This document shows, in pieces, positions 38,613-51,103 of a stretch of DNA of 64,000 bases. The position numbers and the translations under genes were made by a program. The notes beneath the pieces were generated by a model, which made no database searches, was not told the DNA's origin, and saw only the letters and a program-made list of their open reading frames with translations. The number at the start of each line of letters is the position of its first letter. Within the stretch, counting starts at the first letter, position 1. This DNA is from Thermoproteota archaeon (GTDB lineage Archaea > Thermoproteota > Thermoprotei_A > Sulfolobales > Ignisphaeraceae), in contig JAUQPB010000005.1 in NCBI GenBank assembly GCA_030550585.1, positions 36,962 through 100,961 on the forward strand. Direction: 5' to 3'.

Positions 38613-40841
38613 CTAGCCACATCCGATCTTTTCCCACTTCACATCAAAGCACACATCTTTCTCGATTTCTATGCTGCCTACAAGCTTTATCTTCCTAGAT
38701 GATGTTCCCACCCTTATTTCATAAACACCCTTTTCTACTACCCATTTGAACCCGTTGAAGCTTGCTAGATATGTTATTGGTATAACTATCTCTATATCCT
38801 CTTCTTCTCCAGGGTTCAAGAGCCTTGTCTTCTTAAAGCCCTTCAGCTCCTGGAATGGCTTGTCTAGCTTTCCTCTAGGGGCTCTAACATATATCTGTGC
38901 AACTTCCTTGCCAGGATATCCTCCAACGTTCTTGACTTTGAACCTCACCTTCACTGCTTCTCCTTCAAAAGAAATGTTTAGGTCTCTATATTCAAAGTCT
39001 GTGTAGCTAAGTCCATATCCAAATTCGTAAGCAGGCTCTAAACCGAAGGAGTCATAGTATCTGTAGCCAATGTATATGCCCTCCTCATACACAACTCTGA
39101 TAGGATCATTTCTCGGCTCTCCGGGAAATGTTCTCATAGCTGGTGTTTCATAGAGATCCTTTGGCCATGTAAATGGCAGCTTTCCGCTGGGAGATACCTT
39201 GCCCACTAAAACATCTGCAACAGCTCTTCCAGCCTCTTGACCGGGCATCCATACAACTAAGATAGCGTCCACCAAGTCTCTCCAGCTGACAACATCAATG
39301 GGGCCGGGGATGTTGAGCAAGACAACAACTTTTTTGTTGCGCCTATGGAATGCTTCAGAGACTTTGCATATGAGGTTAAGCTCGTCATCTCTCAGATAGT
39401 AATCGCCTTTGACAGGGTTTCTATCGCGTCCCTCAGTAGCTGTCCTAGAAATAGTTATCACTGCTACATCATTTCTCTCCGCAACTCTATCTAGAAACTC
39501 TTCACTGAACACATCCTCGGCTACCTGCATATACTCTAGAGCGTCAATGGCATTCTCCATAAGCTCGAAAAGTAGCAGAGATATCATATCGGCTTTCTTA
39601 TCTTTCAGGACATCGACACGCATAGCTCTAATGAATTGTGATGGGTCAAGCGATCCGAAGACCATTGGCAATATGTTGTTATATACCTTCTCAACCTCTT
39701 CATCTATAGACACACCTGCCTCCTTAAGGCCACTTGCAATAGATACTATGCTGAGGGGATAGGTTGTCCCGCTACCAAGCCCTCCTTTAGCTGTGCGATA
39801 GGATCCCTTGCCAAATAGGGCTACCTTGGCCGAGGGTTTTATTGGCAGAGCCCCATTGTTTTTAAGGAGAACAAACCCTTCTACAGCTGCTCTATACGCC
39901 ACCTCTCTGTGTTTATCGAGATCTGGTTTTCCAGAGGGTTTGTAACCCCTAGCCTTCGGTGTCTTGGCTATGAGGTTGAGCACATTTCTTACTCTTGTGT
40001 TTATTGTTTCCTCATCTATTTGCCCATTTCTATAAGAGTCTATGAGAAGTTGCAATGTTTTGTCGTCGCCAGGCATTATAAGGTCTATGCCTGCCTTAAT
40101 CTGTTCAACTGGGTTGTCCCCTGCCAGCCAGTCTGTCATTACAAGACCTTTATAGCCCCAGTCCCTCCTTAGAACATCTGTCAAAAGCCACTTGTTCTGC
40201 ACACAGTATTTGCCAAGGAGCTTGTTATACGCTGCCATGACAGCCCATGGATCCGACTTCTTGATTGCTATCTCGAATGCTCTGAGATATATCTCTCTCA
40301 GAGCTCTCTCGGACACGACTACGTCTATCCTAGTTCTATTTGTCTCCTGCTCATTTGCTACAAAATGTTTGAGTGTTGCCCCGACTCCCGCACTCTGCAC
40401 GCCTCTGACATAGGCAGCTGCCATCTCCCCACTCAGCAGGGGGTCTTCAGAAAAGTACTCGAAGTTCCTACCACCTAAGGGAATTCTATGTATGTTGAGT
40501 CCTGGTGCCAAAACAACGTCTACACCATACTCCCTAGCCTCCTCACCTATTGCTTTCCCAACCTCTTCAACAACCTCTGTATTCCACGTAGATGACAGTA
40601 AAATCTCGTTAGGAAATGCTGTAGTCAGATAGAGCCTATCTTCACCAAGTCTAACTGCAAATATGCGTATACCTGCAGGACCATCGCTGAGAATAATAGA
40701 TGGTATGCCCAGCCTGGAAACAGCCCTCGTCTCACCAGCAGCTCCAGGGACAGATTTAGGCACATCGAAAAAGCCTACACCTACAAGTAGCGAGAGTTTT
40801 TCCTCAATGCTTAGCTTTGAGATAAGCTCTTCTACGTTCAT
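38613..40841 (-). CDS. Glycoside hydrolase family 3 beta-glucosidase with Fn3-like C-terminus
   Basis: SDGPAGIR, GGRNFEYFSEDP, LKHFVANEQE, VMTDW (nucleophile), SGKLP.T and FGYGLSYT. Confidence 0.95.
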   Translation of the reverse strand: MNVEELISKLSIEEKLSLLVGVGFFDVPKSVPGAAGETRAVSRLGIPSIILSDGPAGIRIFAVRLGEDRLYLTTAFPNEILLSSTWNTEVVEEVGKAIGEEAREYGVDVVLAPGLNIHRIPLGGRNFEYFSEDPLLSGEMAAAYVRGVQSAGVGATLKHFVANEQETNRTRIDVVVSERALREIYLRAFEIAIKKSDPWAVMAAYNKLLGKYCVQNKWLLTDVLRRDWGYKGLVMTDWLAGDNPVEQIKAGIDLIMPGDDKTLQLLIDSYRNGQIDEETINTRVRNVLNLIAKTPKARGYKPSGKPDLDKHREVAYRAAVEGFVLLKNNGALPIKPSAKVALFGKGSYRTAKGGLGSGTTYPLSIVSIASGLKEAGVSIDEEVEKVYNNILPMVFGSLDPSQFIRAMRVDVLKDKKADMISLLLFELMENAIDALEYMQVAEDVFSEEFLDRVAERNDVAVITISRTATEGRDRNPVKGDYYLRDDELNLICKVSEAFHRRNKKVVVLLNIPGPIDVVSWRDLVDAILVVWMPGQEAGRAVADVLVGKVSPSGKLPFTWPKDLYETPAMRTFPGEPRNDPIRVVYEEGIYIGYRYYDSFGLEPAYEFGYGLSYTDFEYRDLNISFEGEAVKVRFKVKNVGGYPGKEVAQIYVRAPRGKLDKPFQELKGFKKTRLLNPGEEEDIEIVIPITYLASFNGFKWVVEKGVYEIRVGTSSRKIKLVGSIEIEKDVCFDVKWEKIGCG

Positions 40842-41160
40842 ACTTTAACACAATGTTTTGATACTACATAGCTGTGGGTATTTAAATGTAGTTTAGGCAT
40901 AGACTTAGACTACTCGAAACAAAGTGTGTCACCATACCACCACGCTCCACATATTTCAATGGGTATTGCATCTACATAGCTGCTATCTCTAGAGATCTAT
41001 GGATCTATTACTATAAAAATCGGCCAAAATCCATGGCAACAATTCTCTATGAAATTTCTAAGAGTGATTCAACTCCAAAAATTTTTATTGAGGCTTATAC
41101 ACCACTTGAATATATATAACTGATTAAAATCACCAGACTTTTTGCGTTGCATAGGTGAAG

Positions 41161-43388
<2,228 letters not shown>

Positions 43389-43552
43389 TGAAACAGTTCA
43401 GAGCAGAAGAGCAAACCTCTGAAAATAGAATGGAGACAGAAGGTGTTTATTCATAAACAGAGTTATGAGATCTGCGATGACACAGAAAATGGTTGCTCTA
43501 CATACAGCTTTGTTGTCCACAAAACATAATTTATTATAATTTATAACATAGC

Positions 43553-44950
43553 TCATATATTGTCTACTAAAACTTTTTTCATTTCGTCATAGCATTTGAC
43601 AAGGGTTTCAGATGTCAATAGCTGTGGCTCTCCCCCTTTCCTCCATATGCGAGCATATATTTCACCTTTTTTACCAAGCAGCACCTTAACCACTATGTCA
43701 CTTAGTGATGCATCTGTATTGTATTGTTTTTTCGATATCCTTGACGCAACCACGATGTCCAGCACCTTCTCGTCTTTAAGTCTAGACGCTACTTCGAAGA
43801 ATCTTGCCACATAGTCTCTGTAGCTCATACTCATATACCTTGTTTCAAGACCATGAAAAACAATTGCATCGACAGCTCCTAGAGGTCTGACTAATTGATA
43901 TGGGTAGTAACTTGGTGATATAGCAAACGGGTTTATCCCCATAAACGAAAAGTGTTTTTCAACTGCTTTTTTAGCTTTGCTAGAGTCTATACCCAAAGAC
44001 TCTATGCCCTCTATGAAAATATTCTTCAAGGTCTCTGCAGAGTATCTAAAACTCAGTACAAATATCCTTAAATTGTTTTTCAGGGCAAATGCCAGCAGAT
44101 ATATGGGCATTTCCCTGCGTTCAAAAATCCTAGCATTGGGTGGATGTGAGACGTAGATCACCTCACCTCTTCTAACATATCCAATACTATTCTTAAATGA
44201 ATCACATACAATATCAAGCCTCTCCCCCTCAGGAGATATTGTTAACGGCACCTCAATAGGATGTAGAACAAAGCCGGCACCCTCAACTATCATGAATGGA
44301 AACTCTGAAACCATTATCAGCGCTCCCCTAGCTTTTCTCACCTCCATATATCTAACGAGAAAACCTTTCTCGATCCTGTGCTTGAGAATAAATATTGCAT
44401 CAGCAACAAATTCCAGCGATCCTAGATCCAGAGTTTCGTGTCCAAATGGAAGCTCTGCAATGAGAATTACAAGCCCATTTATAGTGTTGGAGAGTTCGTA
44501 GAAGTAGTTTTGTAGCCAAGCCCTCTTAGCTAAGCTTTTCCCAACGGCATCGAGCAGAACGTTTATAGAGTCTATAACAACTATTCTCGGTGTGTAGGAA
44601 GTTATTAAAGCGCTTATCTCGGAGACTATAGAGTCTATAGCTAGTGTTACTGGAAACTTAACAAATTTTAGATATCCGCTGGACTCGGCAGAGTGCATGT
44701 CGAGGCCAAGTTTCTTCGCAACGTTGAAGAGCCTCTCTTTACCTTCTTGAAAGGATATATAAAGACATTTATTCCCATTAACAGCATTTGCATAGCATAT
44801 CGTCGATGCTAGTGTTGTTTTTCCAGATCCCGGGTGGCCAGCTATGACAATTGCTGATGGAGAAGCAAGCAAATCTCCAAACATTTTATCTAGGCCATAG
44901 ACACCAAAGATAAGATCTTTGGACAAGTTGTTCACCACTAATACTCTCAC
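43553..44950 (-). CDS. KaiC/RAD55-like RecA-fold ATPase with degenerate second domain
   Basis: GHPGSGKTT, SFQE, IDSI, EFVAD and EVRKARG; the second domain lacks an intact Walker A. Confidence 0.85.
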   Translation of the reverse strand: MRVLVVNNLSKDLIFGVYGLDKMFGDLLASPSAIVIAGHPGSGKTTLASTICYANAVNGNKCLYISFQEGKERLFNVAKKLGLDMHSAESSGYLKFVKFPVTLAIDSIVSEISALITSYTPRIVVIDSINVLLDAVGKSLAKRAWLQNYFYELSNTINGLVILIAELPFGHETLDLGSLEFVADAIFILKHRIEKGFLVRYMEVRKARGALIMVSEFPFMIVEGAGFVLHPIEVPLTISPEGERLDIVCDSFKNSIGYVRRGEVIYVSHPPNARIFERREMPIYLLAFALKNNLRIFVLSFRYSAETLKNIFIEGIESLGIDSSKAKKAVEKHFSFMGINPFAISPSYYPYQLVRPLGAVDAIVFHGLETRYMSMSYRDYVARFFEVASRLKDEKVLDIVVASRISKKQYNTDASLSDIVVKVLLGKKGEIYARIWRKGGEPQLLTSETLVKCYDEMKKVLVDNI

Positions 44951-45011
44951 ACAGTTTTGTAAAGCGGTTGGCAGAAACTATAAATAGCTTTTGTAACAGC
45001 GATTAAACATG

Positions 45012-45977
45012 CTAGGCAATGTTTCTTAGATGTATAACGTCTCCGACATACACCCTACTTATGCTATTCTCTTTTGTTCTTATCCTCAGAGCCCCATCAT
45101 CCTCTATATCCTCTGCAATGCCCTCAATCTCTTGGCTAAATGTTATCACCTTTACTCTTCTCCCTATTGTTGATGAGAGTCTTCTCCACTCATCTAAAAC
45201 TTCTTTCCCCTCTCCCTGTCTGAGCTTTGCATAGACTATGTCAATATTTTTAATTATATTTATTAAAAGTGGTATTCTTGGTATATCAGAGCCCACAACA
45301 CTCTTTAACGTTGTTGCAGTGTCTAGTAGATGGCTGGGAAGATCATTGTTGACGTTAACACCTACACCAAGAACTATGTAGCGAATCTGATCCGCTTCTA
45401 AAACACCTTCTATGAGAATTCCGGCAACTTTCTTTTCGTCAACCAGAACATCGTTTGGCCACTTAACCCTTGCCTCGATACCAAGCAGACTTTTTATAGC
45501 TTTTGCAACAGCAACAGATGAGGCAAGGCTTAGTAGATGCATGTTTCTAAGATGCTTCGGTTTGAGTATAATTGAGAGCCACAGCCCACCTCTAGACGCT
45601 ATCCATTGCCTGCCCATTCTACCTCTCCCACGCCTGAGCTCCTCAGCAATGACAACAGTGCCCTCTGGAGCGCCACTAGATGCTAGGGCATGTGCAACAT
45701 CTTGTGTCGAGTCGCAAGAGTCTAGATAGTGAATATAGTATCTAAGACTCGTATCCACAAATTCGACATATCTATACGCATGCGAAATATCGTCGAGATC
45801 GGCAAGCCTGTAGCCGAGTCTCGGATGAACATCCACTATGAAGCCCCTGGAAACAAGCCTCTTAATAGCTCTGTTAACCGTTGCTCTAGAAACCCCTAGG
45901 GACTTGGCTATCGAAGCCCCAGATACATAGTCTCTGCTCATCAGAAGAATCTTCAAAATCTCGTTCTCAATTACCAT
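45012..45977 (-). CDS. birA: Bifunctional biotin-protein ligase/repressor (N-terminal wHTH)
   Basis: SG..IA..LGVSR, STQD, GRGR.GR.W, KWPND...KKVAGIL.E and GVGVNV. Confidence 0.93.
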   Translation of the reverse strand: MVIENEILKILLMSRDYVSGASIAKSLGVSRATVNRAIKRLVSRGFIVDVHPRLGYRLADLDDISHAYRYVEFVDTSLRYYIHYLDSCDSTQDVAHALASSGAPEGTVVIAEELRRGRGRMGRQWIASRGGLWLSIILKPKHLRNMHLLSLASSVAVAKAIKSLLGIEARVKWPNDVLVDEKKVAGILIEGVLEADQIRYIVLGVGVNVNNDLPSHLLDTATTLKSVVGSDIPRIPLLINIIKNIDIVYAKLRQGEGKEVLDEWRRLSSTIGRRVKVITFSQEIEGIAEDIEDDGALRIRTKENSISRVYVGDVIHLRNIA

Positions 45978-45995
45978 AAATCACAGCCCAAGATG

Positions 45996-46601
45996 CTATC
46001 TCCGCCTGTCCAATCTGAGAATTTTTGATCTCGTTAAAATAGCTTCTACGCTCTGCATAGAGGAGTAGAGTGCTATAAATAAAAATGCTTTTACAGATGC
46101 TACAAAGGTTTCAACTCTATCTAGATAGGAATTGCAAGGCAGATTATTTCTATACAACTTGTATATAAATACCCATTGCATGGGAAGCGACTTCAGCAGT
46201 TTAACTGATAGCGCTAAAGATATTCCCAACGATGGAGATAGCCTATATGACAACTCTAAGAGCTTTGATATATTTATACAGCTCATCAATGATATTGATA
46301 CCATTGCCACTGTAGCAATTCTAAGAATGTTTATAAGAATTGTGCTAACATCTACGAAACCTAACACAACGAATTGTATAATAGATGCAAATAGCGTGTA
46401 GATAGTGGCGAGAGGTGTAACAGCCTTTGCCACACCAGCTAACGCCCCTAGGTTTACGGACATCGATAACACAATAGCAGATACGAGAATTATTAGTAGA
46501 AACTGTATGTTGCTAAGCATCGATACAGCAACAGCTATGGCTATTGCAACAACTGTTGCTTTTATTGGATGCAGAGCCCTTCTACAGGAAGCGCTTGTCA
46601 A
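45996..46601 (-). CDS. Putative ECF transporter T component (biotin)
   Basis: Hydrophobic protein with C-terminal EAILTR; lies between the ATPase and birA. Confidence 0.6.
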   Translation of the reverse strand: MTSASCRRALHPIKATVVAIAIAVAVSMLSNIQFLLIILVSAIVLSMSVNLGALAGVAKAVTPLATIYTLFASIIQFVVLGFVDVSTILINILRIATVAMVSISLMSCINISKLLELSYRLSPSLGISLALSVKLLKSLPMQWVFIYKLYRNNLPCNSYLDRVETFVASVKAFLFIALYSSMQSVEAILTRSKILRLDRRR

Positions 46602-47869
46602 TTGCTATTCCCATTCAACTGTTTTACAACACCACCATCAATCATATATACCCTAGGAAATTTCATTGCAAAATCCAGGTCATGTGTTGCTACAAGAATT
46701 GCCTTGCCATCTTCAATCAAATGGTTGAACGTCTCCAGCATAGACTCTCTAGCCATGCAGTCAAGCCCAAGCGTGGGCTCGTCAACTATAATCACATCAG
46801 CTTTTGATATATATGCTAGTGCCAGTGACAATAGCCTTGCCTTTCCAACGCTAAGACTATAAACATTTTTATGCATTTCATTGCCAAGCCCAAACATCTC
46901 TAAAACATCTTCTACACAATCTCTAAACCTGTGCCTATTTGCAAAGAGCCTTACAACCCCTTCTACAGTATCGCTGGGAAACCAGTAGACAGGGTTTTGG
47001 GGCACCACAAAAATCTTTTTTCCTCTATAGACAGTCACCTTACCGCTAGACGGTTTTATGATGCCAGCCAACGTGTTTAGCAGTGTTGTTTTCCCTGATC
47101 CATTTCTACCAACAATTGCCACAGCCTCTCCAAGGCCTAATGAAATGTTAGCCCCCTTGAGAATGTGCTCTCCATTAAGTACAACATGTATGTTCTCAGC
47201 CGATATAACAGTTTTGCTTACGTCAATTCCTCTAAGACTTGGGGTTTCACTGCATTCAAATGGATTTTTTCCAATCTCTATAAAAATGTTGCAGTACCTC
47301 TTAACAAGATCTACTCTGTGATCAACTACTATTATGGCAACACCACTCCTTTTAGCAAAACCTTTTACATACTCAAAAACCTCTTCTATGCTCCACCAGT
47401 CTATATGTGAAGACGGCTCGTCTATGGCTATAAGCTTAGCGCCGCTTGCCAACGCAGAATAAAGTAGAAATCTGTATAGCTGGCCATCAGAAAGCTTGCT
47501 AATGTCCCTATCCAAATCAAAGTTGCAATTGCATTTGCCTATCCCCAGAATCGCAAGCTCCTCTCTAGGGGTAGACGCTATGAAGAAGCTGTAGACATCT
47601 TGGGGAACATATGCTACAAGCCCTCTACGCAAAGCCTCTAACGGACCCAATCCACAAACTTTTATATCGCCTTCAACTCTAAACCCTTTGTACAGCTCCT
47701 GCAAAACACCTGTAACAACTTTGAGAAGAGTTGTTTTGCCAGAGCCTGTTGAACCAAAAACACATGCAACATCACCTTCACCAACACTTAGCGAAACCCC
47801 CTTCAAAATCTCTTTTTCTCCAAACCAAACAAACAGATCGTCAACCTCTAGAATGCTACCCAAAAACAA
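46598..47869 (-). CDS. ECF/ABC ATPase with two ATPase domains
   Basis: GSTGSGKTT...IDEPS and GRNGSGKTT...VDEPT.GLD. Confidence 0.88.
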   Translation of the reverse strand: MFLGSILEVDDLFVWFGEKEILKGVSLSVGEGDVACVFGSTGSGKTTLLKVVTGVLQELYKGFRVEGDIKVCGLGPLEALRRGLVAYVPQDVYSFFIASTPREELAILGIGKCNCNFDLDRDISKLSDGQLYRFLLYSALASGAKLIAIDEPSSHIDWWSIEEVFEYVKGFAKRSGVAIIVVDHRVDLVKRYCNIFIEIGKNPFECSETPSLRGIDVSKTVISAENIHVVLNGEHILKGANISLGLGEAVAIVGRNGSGKTTLLNTLAGIIKPSSGKVTVYRGKKIFVVPQNPVYWFPSDTVEGVVRLFANRHRFRDCVEDVLEMFGLGNEMHKNVYSLSVGKARLLSLALAYISKADVIIVDEPTLGLDCMARESMLETFNHLIEDGKAILVATHDLDFAMKFPRVYMIDGGVVKQLNGNSN

Positions 47870-48521
47870 TACCCCTACTCTCAAAATACCTGGCCAAAGT
47901 CTTTGCAACAAGAATGGCAATCACATGGTCCATGAATATATCCTGCGGAACAAAAATAGCTACTGTGGCGATGAACAGCACTAGAATCCTATCCCCAGAC
48001 ACGCCAACAATGCTAGCAATATTCGAAGCCCATTTAAACAAATTGACATTGTATAGGGCATACCATGTGAAGACCGCAAAGCCCAGGATATAGACAGGTA
48101 GGACAGCTACAGCAGAGAGAAGTAACAGAAAGACAGCGTCTCTAAAACCGATGCTACTCAATCTAATGCCTCTCCTCTTTAGATAAAACCTCGATAACAT
48201 GCTCATTAGAAAAGATGCCATCGGAAAACCAGCTATATAGCCACCTGTAGGCCCAAACAAAACATGTAAACCACCTCTAAATCCAGATGCAACAGGCATA
48301 CCAACAACAATCAAAAGAATGTACAGAAACTGAGAGAACAATGCGTATTTCGGTGGTAAAAGCAGACCAGATAAGATGATTCCCACATTTTGCATAGTGT
48401 ATGGGACAGGCCCTAAATAGAAACTGGCCTGAGCCATTACACCAGTTACAACAGCTAGCACAACAGATACGACAAGGTAGTAGATCTTCTCGCCCAGAGA
48501 CACTGTTCTGTTACCATCCAT
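47856..48521 (-). CDS. bioY: Biotin ECF S component
   Basis: PVP.T.Q, G.PV..G.RGG....GPTGGY..GF and DH.IA. Confidence 0.92.
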   Translation of the reverse strand: MDGNRTVSLGEKIYYLVVSVVLAVVTGVMAQASFYLGPVPYTMQNVGIILSGLLLPPKYALFSQFLYILLIVVGMPVASGFRGGLHVLFGPTGGYIAGFPMASFLMSMLSRFYLKRRGIRLSSIGFRDAVFLLLLSAVAVLPVYILGFAVFTWYALYNVNLFKWASNIASIVGVSGDRILVLFIATVAIFVPQDIFMDHVIAILVAKTLARYFESRGIVFG

Positions 48522-48533
48522 TGTCAACACCAG

Positions 48534-48602
48534 TGAAACAGTTCAACATAGGGATATATAAAACTTTCGTAACTATCTTAATGTGTGAATGAAACCGTTT
48601 CA
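48534..48602 (-). promoter_or_regulatory. bioY promoter flanked by paired palindromes
   Basis: TGAAACAGTTCAA (48534-48546) and TGAAACCGTTTCA (48590-48602) flank a minus-strand TTTTATATAT TATA-like box. Confidence 0.5.
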
Positions 48603-48836
48603 AATTAAATAAGCAAAAGAGTTAATGTGATAAACCAAATCTAACGCAACAGAAAGCCTAGGGCTAGTCGCTCAACATAATGCTTAGCATCTCGCATCAC
48701 TTTAGGTTAATGCACGGCAACATTAAAACTAACGCTGTTTACATATTATGTGACCCTAGCTATGTAGACAATGACCAACGGCAAAATGAGACCATCTTAT
48801 CCGAAGGCTTTTCTAGATTTATCAATACAATTGTTG

Positions 48837-49307
48837 CTATATAGGGACAAGACAATTCTTTTTCTCCATTAGTTTTTTAACCAGAACCTTTGTTGTGGTG
48901 GTTACATCGTCTCTACTCAGAACCTCTTCTAGAGGGATCCAAGCAACATTAATAGCATCCCCACCCGGCCTCACCTCACCTTGAATACTACTTTGATCAA
49001 ATAGAACATCCAGAATAACATAGTGGTACTGAACCCTTCCAGATTCATCCTTTGTAATAGCATTGTAAACATCTATAATTCCTATTGGCCTTGCCCTTAC
49101 ACCAGTCTCTTCCTCAAGTTCTCTAACCGCCGCACCAGCAATGTCTTCTCCAGCCTCTATAGCCCCACCAGGCACAGACCAAAAACCTGCTCTCGGCGGA
49201 TAACCCCTTTTAACGAGAAGAATCCTACCATCTCTAACAACAACACACCCAACTGCCGCAATAGCGTAACGCGGATAGATTCTATCACTTACCACAGCCA
49301 GCACCAA
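48837..49307 (-). CDS. Nudix hydrolase (ADP-ribose pyrophosphatase-like)
   Basis: Nudix box GGAIEAGEDIAGAAVRELEEETGV. Confidence 0.92.
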   Translation of the reverse strand: MVLAVVSDRIYPRYAIAAVGCVVVRDGRILLVKRGYPPRAGFWSVPGGAIEAGEDIAGAAVRELEEETGVRARPIGIIDVYNAITKDESGRVQYHYVILDVLFDQSSIQGEVRPGGDAINVAWIPLEEVLSRDDVTTTTKVLVKKLMEKKNCLVPI

Positions 49308-49544
49308 ACCAACGATAACATAGTTCTTAGCCCCTCTAGACTTTTAAACGCTTATCCGTATCAACCCAAACAAATTTGCATATCTTCGCAGATGCTACAG
49401 AGCCAACCCCAGCACAAATTCTATTGATCATATTAGTCAACACATCATAGCTCAACACTGTAGTGACCGTGGTAAACAAAATGTTTATTTTTCTAGGAAG
49501 CCAAACTCATTTTATAAGTAGTAGGATTTGTTGGGCTGCATTAA

Positions 49545-50384
49545 ATGTGTGCAGCATCCACTAACAGTAGCAACAGTCTTAAGAGCGAGTTTCTCAGACT
49601 TTTGAAGGAGGACGAGGAGTTTAGGTATGCTGTTGCCGGTCTTCTCGGCCTAGACACTATTCTAAGCGAGTTGAAGAGACTTAGACAAGACTTTCTTGTT
49701 TTTGTCAGAGAGCAGGAGAGGAGGTGGGAAGAAAATAATAAGAGATGGGAGGAAAATAACAGGAGGTGGGAGGAGGCATACAAGAGGTTCGAGGCTATTG
49801 AAAGCGAGTTGAAGGCTCTTAGAGAAGACCAGAAGAGGCTCTGGGAAGAGAATAGGAGGATTTGGGAGGAGATCAACAAGATTTGGCAAGAGATAAAATT
49901 AATGAGAAAAGATTATGAGGATCTTCGAAAAGATGTTATAACGTTGAAAAAAGATGTCAATGTATTGAAACGCGATATGAGATCAGTCAAAAAATCTATT
50001 CAGAGAATTGACACAACTATTAATAGACTTGCCATATCTATTGAGGATGAGGCAAACGAGTTTATTAGTTACCTCTTAAAGCAAAGAGGAATAGATATAA
50101 AGACTGAGCCTAGTGTTATTGGTCAAAGAGAATTTGATGTCTATGGAACTAATGGTGTTATAACGGTTGTTGGAGAGGCTAAGACGAGGGCAGGAGCTAA
50201 GACCGCTAGAAAACTTATTGAGAGAGTTGAGGAAGCTAAAAAAATTCAGCCAGAGAAATTTCCAGGAAAAACAATTGTAGTGATATACTGCATGAGAGCA
50301 ACACCAGATGCCATAGAAGAGGCTAGCAAACTAGGTATATGGGTTATTGAATCAGGCAAAGAGAGAACACAGCTGAGTATGTAG
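49545..50384 (+). CDS. Coiled-coil protein with C-terminal PD-(D/E)XK-like nuclease (paREP15/DUF3782-like)
   Basis: LLKEDEEFRYAVAGLLG N-terminus, heptad repeats RWEENNK/RWEENNR/RWEEAYK and EFDVY...VGEAK. Confidence 0.75.
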   Translation: MCAASTNSSNSLKSEFLRLLKEDEEFRYAVAGLLGLDTILSELKRLRQDFLVFVREQERRWEENNKRWEENNRRWEEAYKRFEAIESELKALREDQKRLWEENRRIWEEINKIWQEIKLMRKDYEDLRKDVITLKKDVNVLKRDMRSVKKSIQRIDTTINRLAISIEDEANEFISYLLKQRGIDIKTEPSVIGQREFDVYGTNGVITVVGEAKTRAGAKTARKLIERVEEAKKIQPEKFPGKTIVVIYCMRATPDAIEEASKLGIWVIESGKERTQLSM

Positions 50385-50707
50385 CCCCTAAGACTACAAA
50401 GCTCACTACCCTTCCAATTAACTATTTCCATCACATCGATTGAAACAAGAGATATGCAATCTGAACAAAGCTTTGAAAGCAATGCAACAAGGTCTCAAAC
50501 ATGGATCTTTCAATCAAAACGAAATGCTTATAGACCAAAATGTTGCGCTATCGATATGCAGATGGACTAGAAACAGTTGAAAAAATATGATTACATTTAA
50601 CATTAAAAATTTTTGAGATTAAATAAGTGACTGTTATTAGATAAACATCTTGGTAAGTATCAATTAGTTGTTGTATACTAGATACAAGGTTTTCCTGCTT
50701 TAAAAAG

Positions 50708-50923
50708 CTATAGTACCTCTATTAAACCATTTTCAAGTCTTCTATAGCATATCATAGAGTTGGCTACATATGTACAGACTATTTTGCCACCGTTATTGCT
50801 GTTAGCTTCGTTGCCAATATTATTATTGTTGATTTCTACTCCACTATTCCCTACAGCATGCTTGCCCAGATACTCTCTTCTGATGCTCCTAACTAGTCTG
50901 AGTATACCTAGGTCTAATCTCAT
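50708..50923 (-). CDS. Small two-cysteine protein of unknown function (paralogue of 15832..16050)
   Basis: SD GAGGTG 6 nt before ATG 50923; MRLDLGILRLVRSIRREYLGK...SNNGGKIVCTYVANSMICYRRLENGLIEVL. Confidence 0.75.
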   Translation of the reverse strand: MRLDLGILRLVRSIRREYLGKHAVGNSGVEINNNNIGNEANSNNGGKIVCTYVANSMICYRRLENGLIEVL

Positions 50924-51103
50924 AGTTTTCACCTCAAGTCTAGTTATACCGCTAAAACTCTAATAAATTTGCCTCCTATAAAATTATTATCCGCTGTATA
51001 CAGCTTTAGTCACAGTATACCCAGATAAATTCTGTATCTAAACCAGATAAGCAACATTATGCGAATTTGCATATTTAATTGAATTAATTTATATAAAAAT
51101 TGT

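Noticed and set aside
40842-41160. SurR (GTTn3AAC) or TrmB-type TGM sites upstream of nfnA/GH3; palindrome ATCTCTAGAGAT at 40985-40996
   Set aside because: No convincing match to either motif was seen; the single 12-bp palindrome has no second copy or clear promoter position.
43553-44950. Circadian KaiC clock system
   Set aside because: No kaiA or kaiB is present, the second domain is degenerate, and such RAD55/KaiC-like ATPases are common in archaea.
49721-49890. Short periodic repeats as a possible CRISPR array
   Set aside because: They are imperfect, contiguous, in-frame heptad codons with no unique spacers, and no cas genes are present in the window.
50760-50963. Leu-rich 67-aa plus-strand ORF as a membrane toxin or signal peptide
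   Set aside because: It is the antisense of the Asn-rich linker of the better-supported minus-strand small protein, which has an SD and a paralogue.
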